In this document: positions 61,362 to 64,000 of the stretch, one piece after another
Position numbering within the stretch: the first letter of the stretch is position 1
How the letters are laid out: every line of letters begins with the position of its first letter
Source: Eledone cirrhosa
Lineage: Eukaryota
Length of the DNA: 64,000 nt
Reading direction: 5' to 3'
Assembly: GCA_964016885.1 (NCBI GenBank)
Contig: OZ024742.1
Location: 292,268,001 to 292,332,000 of the forward strand
Position numbers and translations under genes: made by a program
Notes under the pieces: model-generated
Database searches by the model: none
The model's input: only the letters and a program-made list of their open reading frames with translations
What the model was told of the DNA's origin: nothing

Positions 61362-63488
61362 CTATCCGTTAGGGTATAATGTGGGGCTGTAATACAGGAA
61401 AGTTTTGTGCAATTTATGTTTACAAGCCGAAATTGCCTCAGATTTTTTGTTTAAGATGTGGTCTGTGGCGTAGAGTATTTCCAGGGCCTCAGCGGCGCAG
61501 AAGTCACATGGTCTTTTATTTCCGTTATACGATCTAGCCCTAGCTAGGATCTCCCAGTGTAACTTATACTGGGTGTGGTTGTCTTTTAGACTCCTGATAT
61601 AAGCTGAAAGTGACGTCATATTCCTTCTTAGAGGGTAACAAAAAGAATGGGTATGCATGTAAAGAGGCTGCTTGAATCTATTGGCGGTTAACCATATGTA
61701 GGCCCTACGGGACGTGGGTGTTTCAACCTTACATTTGTAGATAATGTTACTAGAGAGGCATTTCCCGGATAGGGGCAATCAACCCGATTCCTACAATTAC
61801 AGTTAGTACTAACTACAGGGTTGCACGTGTTCCTACGGCTAGGTAGTTTAGCTAAATTTGAAGCTGTGATGTTATGTGCAAGGTTAGGAGTCGTAGAGTA
61901 AGAAATTTTAATAGTATTTCTATTAAAAGTTTTACTATGTTTATGTGTAAGGGGAAAATGCTTCGTAATAAGGGATAGAAAGATCTTAGCTAATGGTGTG
62001 GCCACCTCCATATTATATGGTGGGTTATACCGTATAATGCGACGGGATCTATTTCTTCTAGGTCTATTCTCGTATTCTGTATATGCTACCTTATCGACAA
62101 ATCCACTCCGAGCAAGAGCTTCATTGTAATAAGTGGAATGGTCGTTGAAAATATGCTCGTTAGTAGATAGACGGGAAAGCTTCAATGAAACGTTTCTTAC
62201 CAGATTCTTGGTTATGCTGGCAGGATGGTTGGAATGCTTACTTATGTAATTAAGCGTATCATTCAGCTTTCTATACGGGTAATACACGCCATTCGATAAA
62301 TTGAGGGTAACGTCGAGGTAATTAACGACCGAGAGGTTGGCCTCAACCTGTATAGAGAGGTTGAAGCCTTTAAAGAAGGCTGTGAATTCTTATCTGAACC
62401 TGTCGCAAGCAGAGGGCCGCACTTAGTCATGGTCAAAAGACCATCATCACGGTACAAACCACCGCCCGCGTTGGGGAATTCGTCCTTGATAGAGAAAAGA
62501 AGGAAAAGGCCGATAAGAGCAGTAACCTCCGCAGAATCGCTGGCGCCCATACTCACGTCGAATGGGGTACTATTGGATTTTTTAATCCAAATAGAGTCAT
62601 CGAAATTAATCACCGACTTACGGGCATTGAGGATGACATCAACTTCGAAATCCTTAACCACTGTGAGTGTTTTAGCGAAATTGATAGCTCTAAAGAGAAG
62701 TGGTAAAGTGATGGAGGAGTAGTAATTATTGATGTCGAATTGGATAAAACGGCAATGTTCCTTGTTGCATATGCCGTTGAACCAATCAATCACCGCGAAA
62801 GAATTGTTCCACAGTGCAAGAGGAGCCAAACTTCTAATTTCAGGTATAATTCTATCAAGAATCCTTTTACTAAGTCTACCTAAATCGGACTTCGTAGGGT
62901 TAATAAGCCGAATAGAGGGGTTGTTCGGAAAATTGGATTTGTGATCCTTCAGGGTAAAGTGGGGAAAAATAGGGTCCAGAGGTTCGGTCCGGTCCAGGAT
63001 GTTGAGATCAGAGGTGATTTTAAACCCAGCATCGTTGATTTCATTGATGACGCACCGATTAGTTTTACGGTAATCCTTAGTTACAGAATTATGTAGTAGT
63101 TGATGGTAAGTACTGCGCTCCACTTGATATAGGTTGCCAGTTTTGTCGGAATGGACGTGCACGGCATTAGAATCCTTAATAGAACGAATTCTATTCTTCA
63201 GGTCCTGCTGGAAGAAATTGCTCCTATTCCGAAATTTGATACTCCGTATGAGTTCCAAGACATCATTTTCGAAGGGTAGCAATGCTGGGTTCACGGAGGG
63301 TTATTATAGGTTTGAAACCCAAATTTATCCTGTTTGTTGTCTGCTTTTCGCGGATTATCGAAATAAAAGGCACGCCAACGAACCCTTTTAATAAACGCGT
63401 CTGTTTTTTGTATCAGGAGTTTTAGGTATGTTTTCCTGCTTCGTACGGGTATGTTCTTTGTAGAAATATTCAGATGTTGTTTCTGCAT
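61362..63488 (-). pseudogene. Penelope-type reverse transcriptase with GIY-YIG endonuclease, frameshifted (Naiad-like motifs)
   Basis: STKNIP, RVRWRAF, SDKTGNLY, TLKDHK, RLINPTKS, QFDINNYY, FDVSMGA, GLYRDDGL, SNHP, YNPPY, CNCRNRVDCPLSGKC, IIYKC..YI, CDFC..E..LNKKSE..CKH. Confidence 0.9.
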
Positions 63489-63687
63489 GATGAATATAAG
63501 TCAATAGAGTGCTCCTGTTTTTGCGCGTAATTGTTTTTCACCGCTCCTATTAATGACGTATTATATTCGTTTTTCCCCGTTCTTTGCCAGGGAACGTTTC
63601 CATGAACCAAAGTATCGTCTTCCTGTCTTCCTCCGGTTGCAACGTGTTTTTAAATATCCACTTCTGCGTTTACAGATTGACTTTGTT

Positions 63688-63738
63688 AGTTTCAGAAGAT
63701 CCCGTTAAGGGTGAAAGCAGCGATTCTTTGCTTAAACT
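63688..63738 (+). ncRNA. Type I hammerhead motif (U4>A variant)
   Basis: AGTTT-CAGAAGA-T-CCC-gttaa-GGG-T-GAAA-GCA-gcgattctt-TGCT-T-AAACT; all three stems pair. Confidence 0.65.
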
Positions 63739-63749
63739 TTAATCTGTAA

Positions 63750-63842
<93 letters not shown>

Positions 63843-63967
63843 GTGTGGTTTTTTTTACAAAATGAAAAATAACCGAGGTGTCCTACACGAGTGAAAGTAT
63901 AAAGAAAAAAAGATGAAATCGAAAATGCAACTGGAGTCTTATTTAAAAAAAAATATATATATATATT

Positions 63968-64000
63968 TATTTGGTTCCTTTACCGGTTTCGCAGTTCTTC
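63968..64000 (-). ncRNA. 3' half of a minimal hammerhead running off the window end
   Basis: Minus strand reads GAAA-CCGG-TA-AAGGAACC (palindromic loop, GUA triplet), next to (TA)n. Confidence 0.35.

Larger units (their letters stand above)
60348..63757 (-). mobile_element. Penelope-like element (RT plus GIY-YIG) with inverted terminal repeats
   Basis: 238-bp inverted repeats at 60348-60585 and 63520-63757 bracket the RT-EN ORF; set in (TA)n. Confidence 0.92.

Noticed and set aside
61362-61830. Selenocysteine (UGA) recoding, as reported for some Naiad elements
   Set aside because: The Cys positions in the linker and GIY-YIG region are TGT/TGC, the ORF breaks are frameshifts, and no convincing SECIS was seen downstream.

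Overview
Eukaryotic, AT-rich, almost entirely transposon-derived window, most likely from a cephalopod (Octopus-like) genome. That assignment is inferred from the tRNA-headed SINE families with RTE-type tails, the RTE/CR1/Tx1/Penelope mix and the dense (TA)n tracts. No intact host gene is supported; only weak orphan exon candidates were seen. Autonomous-type elements are all decayed: an RTE LINE (~3.5-7.3 kb) with a PHD finger inside its RT, an internally deleted CRE-type LINE (15-16.9 kb), two copies of a CsRn1-like Gypsy element lacking the capsid part of gag (18.3-23.6 and 50.3-55.6 kb), a near full-length Tx1/L1 element (29.7-35.6 kb) plus a truncated second family, a CR1 LINE (35.7-39 kb), a mariner relic, and a Penelope-like GIY-YIG element with inverted terminal repeats (60.3-63.8 kb). 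Short elements include many SINEs and piggyBac-type MITEs. The most unusual structures are: (1) a fold-back element carrying two convergent tRNA-like Pol III units; (2) a non-coding inverted-repeat element with hammerhead ribozymes at both outer ends, split by a very young non-coding LTR element that has TG..TA termini and a 38-bp flanking duplication; (3) several hammerhead variants; (4) ~32-nt extended tRNA-Trp primer-binding sites in two different LTR families; (5) repeated insertion of unrelated elements into specific microsatellites. All coordinates were read by eye, and the ends of old repeats are approximate.
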